Assembly (NCBI GenBank): GCA_951406725.2
Contig: OX597828.1
Location: 68,386,001 to 68,450,000 of the forward strand
DNA from: Octopus vulgaris
Taxonomy: Eukaryota
Direction of reading: 5' to 3'
DNA: 64,000 nucleotides
Below, piece after piece: positions 12,330 to 28,362 of this stretch. Under the pieces are notes generated by a model. The model did not search any database. It had not been told where the DNA came from and worked only from the letters and a program-made list of their open reading frames with translations. The position numbers and the translations under genes are program-made. Each line of letters begins with the position of its first letter. Within the stretch, counting starts at the first letter, position 1.

Positions 12330-15103
12330 ATGTATGTATATATGTGTGTATGTATGTATGTATATATATATGTGTGTATGTATGTGTGTATGTATGTATA
12401 TATATATATGTGTGTGTGTATACATGTATATGTATCTATATATATGTGTGTGTTTATATATAATTGGAATCTGCAACTTCAACAATTGTTCTGAATTTCT
12501 CATGTTCCAATCTTGAGACAGTAACCAAGATTAAAAATGAAAGAAATGGAAATGTTCTAATTTCTAATACAGCATCTAAAAAAAGAAAAGAAAAAAAAGA
12601 GAAAAATACAAAACAATGAAAAAAAAATTTCTACTGGTCAGAAAGTTTGGTCGAAATCTAGTCTGGAATTGTAAAAGGACAAGAAAGTAAGTTAACGATC
12701 ACATCGAGAAAAAAAGAAAAAAAAACCCCCAAAAATGAACCCAAATCCCACCCCAACAAAAACAAAAAAAAAATCATGTAAAACAACCGTCAGTTGCAGT
12801 TTCAATAGAAAAAAACTTTAATTTGTAGTTTGAGCTGGATTTAAGAAAGATAAGAGTGAACTAAACTCCCACAAAATGTTGGGAAACTGTGACATCTGTT
12901 GGTGTTGAATATTAATTAACCTTTGACATTTTTGGCTCTGGACCTTCAGAAACCTTAATCCAGATCTGTTTGCAACTATAAACAATTTGTGTATAGTTTT
13001 TTTTTTGCTCCTTTGTTTTCAAATCATTTTTTAAAAGAAAACATTTTTGTTTTTAAATTTAAAGACTGTTATTTCTTACATCAGTTTTGTTGGTTAACAA
13101 AATGTAAAACATGTGACTTTGATTTAAGAAAAAAAAAAGAATTATTTATATTTTTGAAAAAAAAACTTTTGTTCAATTGGTATATCTATTTTACTAAACA
13201 TTGAACTTATTAACTTAAAAAAGAAAAACATGATTCTGTAAATATGTTAATTTTCCCCTGAACTAAAAAGTAGTAAAGTTTTGGAGACTTTGTTTGTGTA
13301 GAAATATGGCAATATCCCCCCTCCCTGTAACTGAATATATTTTGTATATAGTGAATATAATGAAAAAAAAAATGAGGAATAAAAAAAAAATTAAGAAAGA
13401 AAATATCACTTTTTAAATCTTAATTAGACTTACTAATATACCTGTAAAGAAACTATCATCTCCCAGAAGAAACTTGTTCATCATATTTTTACTTCTTTGG
13501 TTTGTGAATATATTTTAATTGATTTACTTCAATAATTTCACTCTCAGAGGTTGGTTTCTTGTCTTGAATTGGGATTTAAATGTTAAAAAACAATTGTACA
13601 AATGTGCTGAAAAGCCAAATCTTTTGAGATAAAATTTGTGAATTTCTGAAATTATAGTTTTGAAGAAAATGTTTGGAATTGAAGATAAATATTGCTGTAA
13701 TTGACTAACAATAATGTGTTAAATAATTGATTCTTACATAGAGTGATCCTTACATAGTGGTCCTTACATAGAGCAAGTCTATGAGAAATTTCCTAAACTA
13801 TGTACAAGCATCATCACTGTGTTGACTTGGGTCAAGCTCACATGTTTTTAAGACAGCATGGTGAAGCCCTCCTAACATATTGGACTTTATGCAGTATTCC
13901 ACGTTATAAAGGTAGTGTGGATCTTTAGCTTACTAAATAAACCCCAAGTGTCTAGTTACTGGACCATGAGGAGAAGTTTTTGCTGCTGTAGCAGTATTCA
14001 TCTGTACCAGAAATTGACTTTTGACACGACAGATAACTGAATATAAGATCATTTGGTCAACAGGAGCCTTTATTTTAAAGGGGCACTAAGCCCCCTGTTC
14101 CTTTTTTTTTTTAAAGATAGGTTGTTTATTATTTGAAAGACTTTGTTGCAATGAATTCATTGCTGCTGCTGCTGCTACTACTACTACTACTTATTGATAT
14201 TATTAAAGCACCCACCATACTCTCTGAGTGGTTGGCATTAGGAAGGGCATCCAGGTGTAGAAACTCTGCCAAATCAAGATTGGAGGCTGGTGCAGCCATC
14301 TGGTTCGCCAGCCCTCAGTCAAAATTGTCCAACCCATGCTAGCATGGAAAGCGGATGTTAAACGATGATGATGATGATTTTGGTACAGAAATACCTTTCA
14401 GTATTTCTTTTGATTCTTAATGTTCTCAGTTCAAATTGTGCTGAGGTAGAATTGTTAAAACAAGGAAAACGCCTTTTTTAATTTGGCTTTATGCATTCTG
14501 ATCAAAGTCAACTTTGCCCTTCATCTCTCTAGGGTTCATAAAATAAAAGTTGGTTTTGCAAAATGGTTTTTAACCATTCCTAAGATGCCTATTAGTAATT
14601 TTCCTTTTTCAGTCTCAGGCGTTTTGGCTATCTCTATTTCGAGATCTTCACATTTGTTTTATTTTATCCATTTCTTAAAGCAATACATTATTGCCTGTTG
14701 GAACTGATACTTTAACGAGGAAGCAGTTCCTTTCTTAGTGGCATTTAACAACTGGCCAATTATCTTTGATCTCCATGTCTGTGTGATCTGGAATATCTTT
14801 AGTGTATTAGTAATATATTGAAGTTGATTTATTTGACTCCTACTCTTTCCTTACAAACTGGTCTTCATGTACTAATGTAGGAAATAATAATTTTCTATCC
14901 CTCAAGACAAGGAACCACATTCCTTTGGCACTTCATTCTCCTTTACTGTTGGATGTTTCATTTGTGGATTGCATGAAGGAGATACAGAAATATTAAAGTA
15001 CATTTCTCAGTAATTGTCTGTCACTGTCTCTCTTGGCATTTTTACTATGATTAAAATGTGATTAGACATCAAATAGTAATATATAGTTTAACTTTAATTC
15101 TAC

Positions 15104-15485
15104 TGTTGTGTCTGGGGAGAGTCATTTTCTTTTTGTGCCTTATAATGTAACACACGCACCTGTAAAATTTCCACTTTTTTCTTATTTTTATTGTCCTAAA
15201 ATTTTCGTTGCGTCTTGCAACATTTTCAATAGTTTTGAGAGTCAAAACTATTGAAAAGGTTGCAAGATGCAACGAAAATTTTAGGAAAATAAGTGGAAAT
15301 TTTACCGGTGAGTGAGTTAAATTATTTTAGGAAAATAAAAATAAGAAATAAGAGAAAATTTTACCGGTGGAAATAGTGTGTTACATAATAAGGCACAAAA
15401 AGAAAATGACTCTCCCCAGACACAACAGAATATGCTTCAACACCCAAACTCACATAAAGAATCTTGCAAACCAAATCCAAAAACA
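15104..15485. repeat. Head-to-head inverted repeat of a Penelope-like terminal repeat with hammerhead-like motifs
   Basis: Arms pivot at ~15240; a single arm of the same family recurs at 20546-20742. Confidence 0.7.
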
Positions 15486-16615
15486 AAATTTACTTCTACT
15501 ATTTAGGTTATAGGTGTTTAAATGAATAAAATCAAGGTACTCAACGCATGTAGCTGAGTGAAATCTATGACATGATATAGTCTGTTACAGATAATACATT
15601 GTGGCTTAGTTTCATATCACAGGGCGTTGAATAACCACCAGGTAGTAAAAATCTCAACTTATTACTCAAACATCTATGATGTATAATCAACTTTTGCTGC
15701 AGAGTTTCTGCTGTTACATTTTGGGTTTTAAAAGTATGGTAAGGGGCATGAATCATATCACTGGAAACGAGTTATTTCCCTTGAGTTGGTTGAAACTAAG
15801 AGAGGATGAGAATTTTATAAAGGATGATGAATGGATGGGGATTTCAATAAACCACGCGGAGGTTTGAAAAGTTGATCATTTGAAGTGTGTGTGTGTGTGT
15901 TACTTGGTGGGTTACTTGTAGTGACCGTAGTGATTGGCTGTGTCAGATGACTGAAATAGAATATGTTTGCTGTTGGAAATAGTTAAATATTGATCTGTAC
16001 TCAGACTACCTCATTGTAAAACTCCAAATTGCCATGTATTATCAGAAACTATATATCCATCTATCTATCTATACACACATAGTAAAATTGATAAAAACTA
16101 CACAGTGAACTCCATTATTTTTTTTTTTTAATTCAGAGGATGTAAAACTTTGCTGTCTCTAATTTGTATCTCTCCTTTTAACCTTTCACCGAAGAAGAAC
16201 ATCGTCCAAAACGGATCTTCCACTCTCTTCAGCAAGTTCTCTGTACTCTATCAGTTTTGCTACATAAGTCTTGCTGAAGCAGACCAACACTATCCACTCT
16301 GGAACCTGTTTGATCAATGTATATATATATATATATAGCAGTTATAACACATTAAATCATATTTTACAAAGAAATTGATAAAAAATAAACTAAAATAGAC
16401 TATACTTCTTCACCTGAACAACAAATATTATTTGTAAATATCTCATCTGATCAGTTATTGATGTCCTTTTTTAACGAGGGAAACTATTTAAACTTGGTTA
16501 TTTATTTCACCCAATCATGTATCATTTATTTGGATAAATTAAAAAAAAAACGAGTTTGTAATTTTTATAATTGTTTCAATAGCTTCTCATTTCTTCTTGT
16601 CTCACTCATTTGTGT

Positions 16616-16647
<32 letters not shown>

Positions 16648-18843
16648 ATGTATGGATAGCTGTTTGCTTGCTTGTGTACGTTTGTATGCTTGTGTTGTGT
16701 GTGTGTGTATGTATGTATATATGTACATGTGTCTATACACATTGTTTTGTGTGTATGTGTGTATATATATGTTTTTGTCTAATTTTTCTTTTCCATTTAC
16801 TGTGTTTTCCTACCATTTCTTTCCCTCTCTCCTTTCTAATCTTCATGATTTTCAGTGGTGGGGGTCAGGTGTCGGCTACTTCAGTTTTTTATACTGAAAC
16901 AGCAGAAAACCCCTTTTTTTTTACATAAAATACTTTCAGGGTCTTATGAGAATATATTTCGCAAGTTTGTTATATTTATGCCCTTTTTTAGATTTCTGTA
17001 TTCATTTTTAGTGAACATTCTTACCTACACACATACACCTACCTACAAACGAACGCATGCTACCTACCTGTCTACCTAACAAACCACCCACATTTTTTTC
17101 TGACACTGCTTTCCTGGATTCTCATGAATGTCACCATTGAATTCCATTATTGTGAATTTGGATCGGGATCTTGAGTCACAGTGAATCTTTCTTTAGCTTA
17201 TTACACAGCCAGAGATGTCACCCCCTATGGATGGATTTGCAGTTACTCTTTCGATAGAGCTTGGTGATCCTGGCTGTTGAGGATCTTGGACTCCTTCACT
17301 CAGCATCAATCTAAGAAGCACCTTTGGCTCACTTGAGCTCTTCCAATCAGTTGAGCTCTTCACAATCTGCCATGTTGCAGTCCCATGACCTCTTCATATC
17401 CCTGGCAGGGTGGCTGAATGGGTACTATACTTTGTCAAAGGACAGCCTGTAACTATATAGGGCATGGTTGTCACTCCATGCGAGCTGGCAGAAACGTTAG
17501 CATGCCGGGCAAAATGCGTAGCTGTATTTCATCTGCTGTTACGTTCTGAGTTCAAATTCCACCGAGGTTGACTTTGCCTTTCATCCTTTCGGGGGCGATA
17601 AATTAAATACCAGTTACACACTGGGGTCGATACAATCGACTTAATCCGTTTGTTTGTCCTTGTTTGTCCCCTCTGTGTTTAGCCCCTTTTGGGTAGTAAA
17701 GAAATAGGTGTGTCACTCCATGAGTTAATTACAAAATACCTGCATATACACACACCCTTCTACCTACCTATCCCCCCACTTTCTACACATATCCCTCACT
17801 TTCATATACATATACATATATCCACACACATATACACAATATCTACCTACTTGCCAATCCAGACATACACACTTCTTGAATCTCCAGAATGTGTTTTGAG
17901 CCCTAACAAACACACACGCTGGGTTGTTGTTGTTGTTTCAATTATCGTTTCCTCTTTTATTTTAAGTATGTCATAAAAGCAAGACCCCCTCCCCACCCAC
18001 TCTCAGTTCTCTTCTTCAGCAAGCTCTTGTACTCCTGACATCTCCAAGCTACAAAAGAAATCGGTGACACATTCCAGTAGTTCTGTAAATGCAATACTTA
18101 CTCTTGTAGCTAAAAGGACATGTTAGCCATAATTTTTCACAACCTAAACTTTTGTTCCATTATGACAAATTTCTAGTTGTAGATATCATTCTTCATTGAT
18201 CAAGTGAGAAGAAGAAGGGCAGATACAATCCATGTTAAGGGCCTCCATCTCTTGTAGGAGGGAGTCATTTTTGACTTGGCTCAAATGATTAACCCCTACC
18301 TTCTTAAATTTACTTCTGAGTGAAATTAATGTGGAATTGTGCCAGACCACAATGAAGAATAACACACCTTTGCTTATGGGATAATCTGTTGGGGAACAAC
18401 ACTTTCTACTAATCTCACATGTTTCTGTAATTTTTATGTTTCAGTGATTCTGCAGCAATGCATAGCCATTTGTTAATCTGCTTTGTAAATTTCAAGAACA
18501 AATTCAAAGAGATAAGGACATTTTAGAATGATTAAGAAATATATTTTTTATAACAAAATTAAAGATAATTAAATTAAATTTTAAAAAATTCTAAAAATTT
18601 TTTGTATTGTTAATGTATGTTATGTGTATCTTTTGTGGATCTCTAAATGGTTTTTAAGAGGAAGAATGTCAAAGAAAGAAATGTTGAGAAGAGGAAGGAA
18701 AACTGAATGCAAAGGAAAAATTTCCTTCAAGGAAAAAGTAACATCTTAAGAAATGAAAGCATTTTTTTGATGTATTTAAGACTATTTTTAATGAGGTAAG
18801 CTTATTGAATGTGGAGCTGTTGAAGACAGTGATTTATGTTTAA

Positions 18844-19218
18844 CTAGCACTCTGACCCTGCAACACCAGGTCATAGTGCTAGTGCATGCATATACAGCTG
18901 CGTGCATGCGCACATACATGCGAGTACTGTCCAAATCTCCAACCAATCACATACAGTTAGCTGGCATTCAGTTGGCGTATCAAGTTTCGGGCATTTGATT
19001 GGGTTTTGGATAGAAAATTCACAAAAACGTCACTTCTATTGATTTTTTAATGGCTTTACGGGGTGACTGGGGAAATGTAAAGATGTGCCCGACCACCCTT
19101 GGACGGTTTTCAATGACCATAGAAAGTGCGAGACCTCTAACTGAAAACTTGTGGATTTGTATAAAGGACACACACACACATACACAAACAGACATTTTGC
19201 CGTTTATATATATAGAGA
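18844..19218 (-). mobile_element. Non-autonomous Helitron-like element, copy 2
   Basis: Same TC...hairpin-CTAG structure and internal sequence as copy 1. Confidence 0.8.
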
Positions 19219-20163
19219 TAACTAACAAATATGGGCTATTTACAATGTGTTTGCTGTACAGTAGGGGTACATTTTTGACTGTACTTTCAGACCCAAATAT
19301 AAGTCCCAAGGCAATTTTATATTAGATGCAATCTTGGGAGGGACATGAATATCTCAGCATTACCTTTCAATATGTTTCATAAGCAGGAGAATGAGGATGT
19401 GATGGGGAGTTGGTTGGCCTTCTGGGATAATTTTCAAATAAAATATGAGAAAGGTTTTAATGTCAAGGATTAGTAGCAATCAGAGTTGAAGAGGGGATAT
19501 TTTGTAGATTTAATGCTTTCCTTATATTTTGTGTTGAGTTTGAACCCTACTGAAGTTGATTATCTTTCTTCACTTTTGAGGTTGATATAAATACTGACTG
19601 GGGTTGATGACTAAGCAAACCCCAAATTTGTAGTTTTTATCCTAAGTTTAAAAAAATCAAAAATTTGTTCTTTTAAAAGTTGTAGTGAATTCTTTATTAT
19701 ACAGGTGAACAGTTGAGTTGGATTGAGAAATCTATTTTCACCTGAGAATGAGGTTATCTCTCTCTCGTGAATAATCAGTCAGTTGATTGCATGTTTGCTT
19801 CTATGACAAAAGAGAATTATTTTACCAGAATCTGTATAACTAATATTTTTTATCGTTAGTGAAGGGAACGAAAAAAAATATCTTTGTGTATTTATTTGAT
19901 TACATTTAAGAAAACTTTTTTTCCTTCCATCATAAAGTTCTTAAACTAGTTGAATCTCTTCAGTGTGAAGGGTTCAAGAATCTAGGGTCTGTTATACATC
20001 ATATTAAATTAAGAAGGAAGGTATTTAAGGAAAGGATTTCTTAAGGATAAAGAACACACACAGTGGGGTTCCATAGTTTCCACCTATCAAATTCTGTTCA
20101 CATAGAACTGGTCAGACATCGTAAAAAAGACTATTCTAGAGTTGTATATTAAGGAGTCTTTAA

Positions 20164-20367
20164 CCCTTTCGATACCAACCCAGCTCTGGCTCTGAGAACA
20201 AATGTCTTGTTTTCAAAAGTTTTGAATTAAAATCTTCCACCTGGTCACAATTTATGTTCCTAACACTAGCTGAATGGTAACTAAGTTATTTTACTAAATT
20301 CTTTGTTATATTTAAAGTAATTGAAAGAAACACAGAGCATCTCAAAATAAATACAGTAACGAAAGGG
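20164..20367 (+). mobile_element. piggyBac-type MITE
   Basis: TTAA|CCCTTTCGATAC...GTAACGAAAGGG|TTAA: terminal inverted repeats with a TTAA target-site duplication. Confidence 0.85.
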
Positions 20368-20545
20368 TTAAAGATCTGTGTCTCATCATTCTGAGTTCAA
20401 ATTGTAATGTCAGCCATTCAAAGTGAAAACTGAAGGCAACTCAGCCTCCCTCCGTAAAATGGTTTTCTGCCATCTTTTACTAATGATCAGAATGTAATCA
20501 TTGATTTGGTTTCTGATAGTAAAAATTATGGTGGGATGTCTGAAC

Positions 20546-20742
20546 AGAGTCAAAACTATTGAAAAGGTTGCAAGACGCAACAAAAATTTTAGGACAATAA
20601 AAATAAGAGAAAAGTGGAAATTTTACGTGTGAGTGTGTTACATAATAAGGCACAAAAAGAAAATGACTCTCCCCAGACACAACACAATATGCTTCAACAC
20701 ACGAACTCATATAAAGAATCTTGCAAACCAAATCCAAAAACG
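20546..20742 (+). repeat. Solo copy of the 15.2-kb repeat arm
   Basis: gagtcaaaactattgaaaaggttgcaagacgcaac...gactctccccagacacaac...gcaaaccaaatccaaaaac matches 15239-15484. Confidence 0.8.
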
Positions 20743-21852
20743 AAATAATTATTAATTATATTTACCATATAATAGGTCAGCATATTTAATTATCTTCGAT
20801 TTGCTTTTAATTTATTTGACTATTCTGTAACAAACACATCATTTAAATAAAAACCTTAATTTCTTTAGCAGTTTTTAAGGCTAGTTACCGACTATATAAG
20901 AGGGTGACCCTTTATTACTAGGTACAAGCTATAAAAGAAGGGAGTAATTTATTATTAGGTAGAGACTGTTAGAGAGGGAGCTATGGTAGCTCTGTATTTA
21001 TGGCAAACCTTGAAAGAATGGAATCCACATGGAATATTTGCAATAGGGTTGTAAAAGCAAAAAGAGAATGGCATTTTTTTTTATCACAAAACTGTGTCAC
21101 CTGTCCTTTAATGAATACATTGGGTGAAATATAAATATTTTATTTATAAATGGGTTAATGAATGAATATTTGTGAACTATCTCTCTCTGCTGTTGTTATC
21201 TCAACAGCTGTTTGAGATTCAGAAATTTTGTTGTCGATAGAAGTCAGTCAATGTAGTTGATACAAATGTGGTGTATTTGAAGTTTGTTGATATGGAAATT
21301 ATATTTAAATTGGAGTATTTTGGAAAAATTTGTTACCTTTACTAATTTTGCTAGTCTCATTAGCAATTCTGGGTTCTTGGGGGAATTAGCAGGTAAATTC
21401 CTTTAAACATGGAATTCACCTGCAACCAGACTTCATTAATTAAGATATTGCCTGCATTAATTATCTTCTTTTAATTCATGCAACTAGAAAATGGATTCGA
21501 TAAATACCTGTGTTTTTGTTTTTGATTTACTAATAAAATACATTCATACATACATATATACATACATATGTACATAGTCTCAAATGTACAGAAAACAAAA
21601 GACAAGTACTGGTGAGGGAATGACAAGCAGGTATATATATATACACCTGCTTGATTCAATTTCAGAATGGCTGATAACTAGCATCATGCTTGAAACTCAA
21701 GGGTATGAACAAATTTGAATCACTGTTTTGGTCCATATGTATATGTACACTCACATGTATATGCAAATATATGTCCATAAAGGGTTCAACTTTATGGCTT
21801 ATCTTCAGACCTGTTGGCTTATGACCTCTTAAAAAAGGGAGGGGAAAAGTCT

Positions 21853-22396
21853 GGATTGTCTCCCTCTCCCATTAGCCATCAACTTCTGGCAGTTCCCAAA
21901 AGGCCAGCAGAAATCCAAAATGCAGGCATGGCTCGAAAACCTCCGTTCTGGATTTACGTATAGCCCCTGGCTCGAGTGAATCCCTTCAGATTCTCATGTG
22001 TTCAGCTATTCATAATTTGAAGTGTTTTGTCCTGTTAATGTAAGGGCCTGGGTTTTTGAGGATTTTCCATGAGATCGAGTGTGGAAGTCCGTCGTCTTTT
22101 AGTTGCCAAAAATAGCTGGCCAGTGATGTTACATATCTCCTTTCTGGGAGATGGAAGGGGATCAATGGTTGGAAAATTGTTTCTTGAATGAATTTCCACT
22201 ACAACCAAGGCCCTTGCATTAACGGGAAGAAATGCTGCAAGCTTTGATGTCTGAACATACGAGAATCCTAAGGAACTCACTTAAGTTGTACTTAACTCCA
22301 GAACGGAGATTTTGGGGCCATGTCTGCATTTGAGATTTCTGCTCGCATTTTGGGAACTGCTGGAAGTTGATGGCTAACGGGAGATGGAGATAATCC
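21853..22396. mobile_element. MITE-like element with ~100-bp terminal inverted repeats
   Basis: 21853-21952 is the imperfect reverse complement of 22297-22396; non-coding interior. Confidence 0.6.
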
Positions 22397-25254
22397 CCTA
22401 TTGTTTACCCTTATGTATGTATATATATATATGTGTGTGTGTGGAGGCGCAATGGCCCAGTGGTTAGGGCAGCGGATTCGCAGTCATAGGATCGCGGTTT
22501 TGATTCCCAGACCGGGCGTTGTGAGTGTTTATTGAGCGAAAACACCTAAAGCTCCATGAGGCTCTGGCAGGGGGTGGTGGCGATCCCTGTTGTACTCTTT
22601 CGCCACAACTTACTCTCACTCTTTCTTCTGTTGGCCTGCTCGCTTAGCCAGCGGGGTGGCGTCATTTGAAGGTTAAAACAATGCGAAGCGCATTGTGACC
22701 AGCGATGTGTAGCAACATCTGATTGCCTGGTCGGTCACAGTGATATATATATATATATATATACTTATATATATATACATACATACATTATATATATGTG
22801 TGTATATGTAATATATTTTGGTCGAAGTAAGCAAATGTGTGTGAACAAGGAGAATTATAACCATTATTAATTATCGCTGAGGGAGTTATAAACACCTCCA
22901 TTGCTAGGAATTACAGCTCTAATGCTTTGACTGCAGCATTGGAGCATGAAGCTCTTATTTCTAGTATTTTAAGTGTTTATAACACATGTACACACATATG
23001 TATATGTATGTATATATGTACATACATACATATATTGAAGTATTAATTTGAAAGAGACAAGTTCCAAGGTCAGTAGTTCTAATGAAAGCTGACACATAGC
23101 TAAACACAGAGGACATATGTAAGCCATTATAGGCATATAAACACATAACATACAAAAACATATATATATATACCCATATAATAGTGTAATTCCATGTCCA
23201 AATCAAAGTTGGATAAGTGATTGCATAAATATATATACAGATAAATTAAGAGAGTGTAGTGGGTGCTTTTTACATGCCACAAACATTAGCTGTAAATCAA
23301 TCAATTACTTTGAGTATAAAATTTCCTTGTAATACACACACACACACACACAACAAATATATACCTGTTCATGTATAAAGGCATTGTTGGTTATAAATTT
23401 CCATCAGATCAATTGTTTGCTTCACTGCATTTCTGATGACAAGGGAGTGTCAGAAAGTCAGTGCAGAGCATATTATCATAAGATTTTGAATTAAAAGTAC
23501 TGACTTTTTTTTAGCTAATATTTACGTTGTTCAAATTAGCAGCATTTCATCTGTCTTTATGTTCTGAGTTCAAATTCCGCCGAGGTCGACTTTGCCTTTC
23601 ATTCTTTTGGGGTTGATAAATTAAGTACCAGTTGTGTACTGGGGTTGATCTAATCAACTGGGCCCCTCACCCAAAATTTGGGGCCTTGTGCCTGTTGTAG
23701 AAAAGAATACCTACATCCTTCACAGATGGAAATCTTTGAAGGATGCATATACACACGTACAATGGGTCTCTGCACAATTTTCTCCCAATCGCAAACCATT
23801 CACAAAGTATTGGTCAACCAGGGACTAGAAAGCACTAGCCACAACGGTGGGTATTGAACCTAGAACCGTGTGCATGTGAAGTGAATATCTTAACCACACA
23901 TCCATGAGTATATTTATCAATTGAAAGCTAATTTTTTTTTTCCCTTTGTCATTGTATTTCATATTGAAATCCTACATTAAGGAATTTAATGTTCATCTTG
24001 ATATCAGTTGTAAGAAACCTTAAACACGCACATCTATAACAAGCTATCTTTCCACACAGCCTCCTCACAACACTGCATGGAGTTATTGCAGGATTATCTC
24101 CCCTCAAACAACAAAAACTCATCCAATTTTCTTTTTGTGTCATTTTTGTATTTCCATAAAATGCAATTCTTGAAATCTTAATTTTCCTAGTTTCTTATTA
24201 AAAGTTTATAAAAACCAAAGTTATTTTTGTATATTTATTTCATTTTGAATATTGACTGATTTGTTTACTTTTTCTTAATAATTAGAATTCAAAAAATTAC
24301 CTTAAAAAGCCTTTTTAATAAAATCTTTTGTTAGAAAATGCATCATGGTATATTTTTTATTGTGATTGTAAAGGAAATGTGAAATTGCCTTGAATTGTTG
24401 TTTATTTGTGTTTGCGAATGGCTGTTTATTGGAAAGTTGATTGAAACCAAGGCAACAAGGCTTTAGACATCTGAATGAAGAGTCAACTGTTTAGGTCTCA
24501 TCATCATCATCATTGTCGTCACCATCAATATTTAACATCTGTTTTCCATGCTGGCATGGGTTGGACAGCTTGACAGGAACTGGCAAGCCAAGAAGCCACA
24601 CCAAGTTCCATAGTCTGTTTCGGCTTGGTTTCTATGGCTGGATGCCCTTCCTAACAACACCAACCACTTTTACAGAGTGTCGTGGGTGCTTTTTACATGG
24701 CCCCATCACCAACCCCAGAGCTTTTTATGTGGCATCAGCACACATGCCAATGCTTTTCCTATGGTACCTTGGTTTTAGGATCTCCATTCTGTTGTGGTGG
24801 GCAGGGCTTCTTGAGTATAGTAATGCACCACATATCTCAGTCTTTTGTCCCCTCCTTGTAAGGCCAAGCATTTTGAGATTGACCATCATTACTTTGTCCT
24901 ATGTCTTCCTGGGTCTCCCTCTTTCACAACTTCCATCCACTATGGCCAAGATATATTGTCAATACATTGTTAGAGCATCACCTCAATGTAACTATAAATC
25001 AATTTCATGGGGAGGGCAGAGATCATTGTTGTAAGCAGTTGGAGCACTATATAAATACTGAGTGTTTCATTTTTTTTCTTGTGATGAGATTCTGTCCTTT
25101 CTTGAGTGTGGACATGATGACAATGAAGTGGTCAACCAGTATGTCAGGTTGACCAGATCTATTGACTACCATAGAAATAGCAGCTAAATCATACTCTACC
25201 ATCTTAGAAACACATATAATACATGCATACATACATATGTGCATATGCATGTGT

Positions 25255-25795
25255 GTACGAATGAATCGTGATGTTGTAGGAGAGAAATGTGTCCGCATGG
25301 ATGATGGTTCTCTTGCGCTAAATGAGGCTGCAAAGGGAGAGGTTTGGAGACACCACTATGAAAGGTTGCTGAACAAAGAAAATGAATGGGAGAAAGAGAG
25401 TCTGCCGAATGTTGACCCAACAGAGGGACCAGCTATCCGAGTTGACAGTACCTTTGTAGATAAAGTAATTAAAAGTATGAAGACAGGGAAAGCCCCCACC
25501 CCATCAGGAATTACTGCAGAGATGCTCAAAATATCTGGCACTGTTGGCTATAGCCTGGTCACCTGTATAGTTAACCAGATGATACACGAAGGAGTCATTC
25601 CCAATGACTGGTGTAGCAGCATAATAGTCAACTGCTACAAAGGTAAAGGTGATGCCCTAGATACAAATAATTACAGAGGTATCAAGCTGTTGGATCAGGT
25701 AATGAAGGTTACGGAGAGGGTCATAGCCCAACTAATTAGGGAGAGAGTCAGTTTAGATGAGATGCAGTTTGGGTTTGTGCCAAGGAAAAGCACCA
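25255..25795 (+). mobile_element. RTE-clade LINE ORF fragment (linker / RT N-terminus), second family
   Basis: KAPTPSGITAEMLK, WCSSIIVNCYKGKGDALDTNNYRGIKLL, EMQFGFVP; cut off by microsatellites on both sides. Confidence 0.85.
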
Positions 25796-25857
25796 CACAT
25801 ATATATACATATATACACACACTCTCTCTCTCACACACACTTGTGCACACACATACA

Positions 25858-25904
<47 letters not shown>

Positions 25905-26639
25905 ACACACACACACATGTATTCAAATTGTTATCATTATCAACTTCATTGAATATCTGTATTTCATGCTGAAATGGTCTGGACAATTCAACTGGCTCCA
26001 ATGGTCCAGGGAACTATTTAAATAAAAAAAGGTGTAAAGGTCACCTCCTCAAGTCAGGCTAACTCATAAGGGCCAGTTTCCCAGTTTCCACGATATATAA
26101 ATTCCCCACCTGGACTGGACACCAGTCCGTCGCAGGATTATTCATTTTTGCCAGCTGAGTGGACTGAAGCAAAGGAGAAATGAAGTGTTTTGCTCAAGAG
26201 CACAACACACCGCCTGGTCCAGGAATTGAAACCACAGTCTTATGGTGATGAGTCCAACATTCTAACCACTAAACCACATGCCTCCACCAGGGGACTACAT
26301 TGAGTTCTAATGTTTACTTTGGTATGGTTTCTGTTGCTGTTTGCCTTCCTAATGTTAATCCCTTTACAATGTACTAATTGCTTTTTTAGTGGCACCAGCA
26401 TCAGTGGGGTCACCAAGAAATTCTCACAATCACGAGCCCTTGACTGAGTGGGGGTGCAGTGTAGGGAGAGGTGGGTTTTTGTCAGGTATTGACAGAGGGA
26501 TAGGAACAGGTGTTTTGCTGTAGTGGAGATACATGGCGAGGGCAGCTGGAAAGGGAGAAAATAAGATACAGATGAGGGGTTGGCGGGGCGTACCTTCAAG
26601 GTAGAAGAAAGTAGATAGAATCAGAAGTGAGGATGGTTT

Positions 26640-28025
<1,386 letters not shown>

Positions 28026-28362
28026 AGAAAACCGACAGACAGTTATTTTGAAGCTGGTTTAAGAACAAAAGAATATTTAATGTCCGCTTTCCATGCTAGC
28101 ATGGGTTGGACGGTTCGACCAGGGTCTGGGAAGCCAGAAGGCTGCACCAGGCTCCAGTCTGATCTGGCAGTGTTTCTACAGCTGGATGCCCTTCCTAACA
28201 CCAACCACTCCGTGAGTGTAGTGGGTGCCTTTTATGTTGACTTTGCCTTCCCTCCTTTCGGGGTCGATAAATTAAGTACCAGTTACGCACTGGGGTCGAT
28301 ATAATTGACTTAATCCATTTGTCTGTCCTTGTTTGTCTTCTCTGTGTTTAGCCCCTTGTGGG

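Noticed and set aside
24513-25034. 173-aa ORF
   Set aside because: Lies within a family-3 SINE/LINE-tail repeat; no domain.
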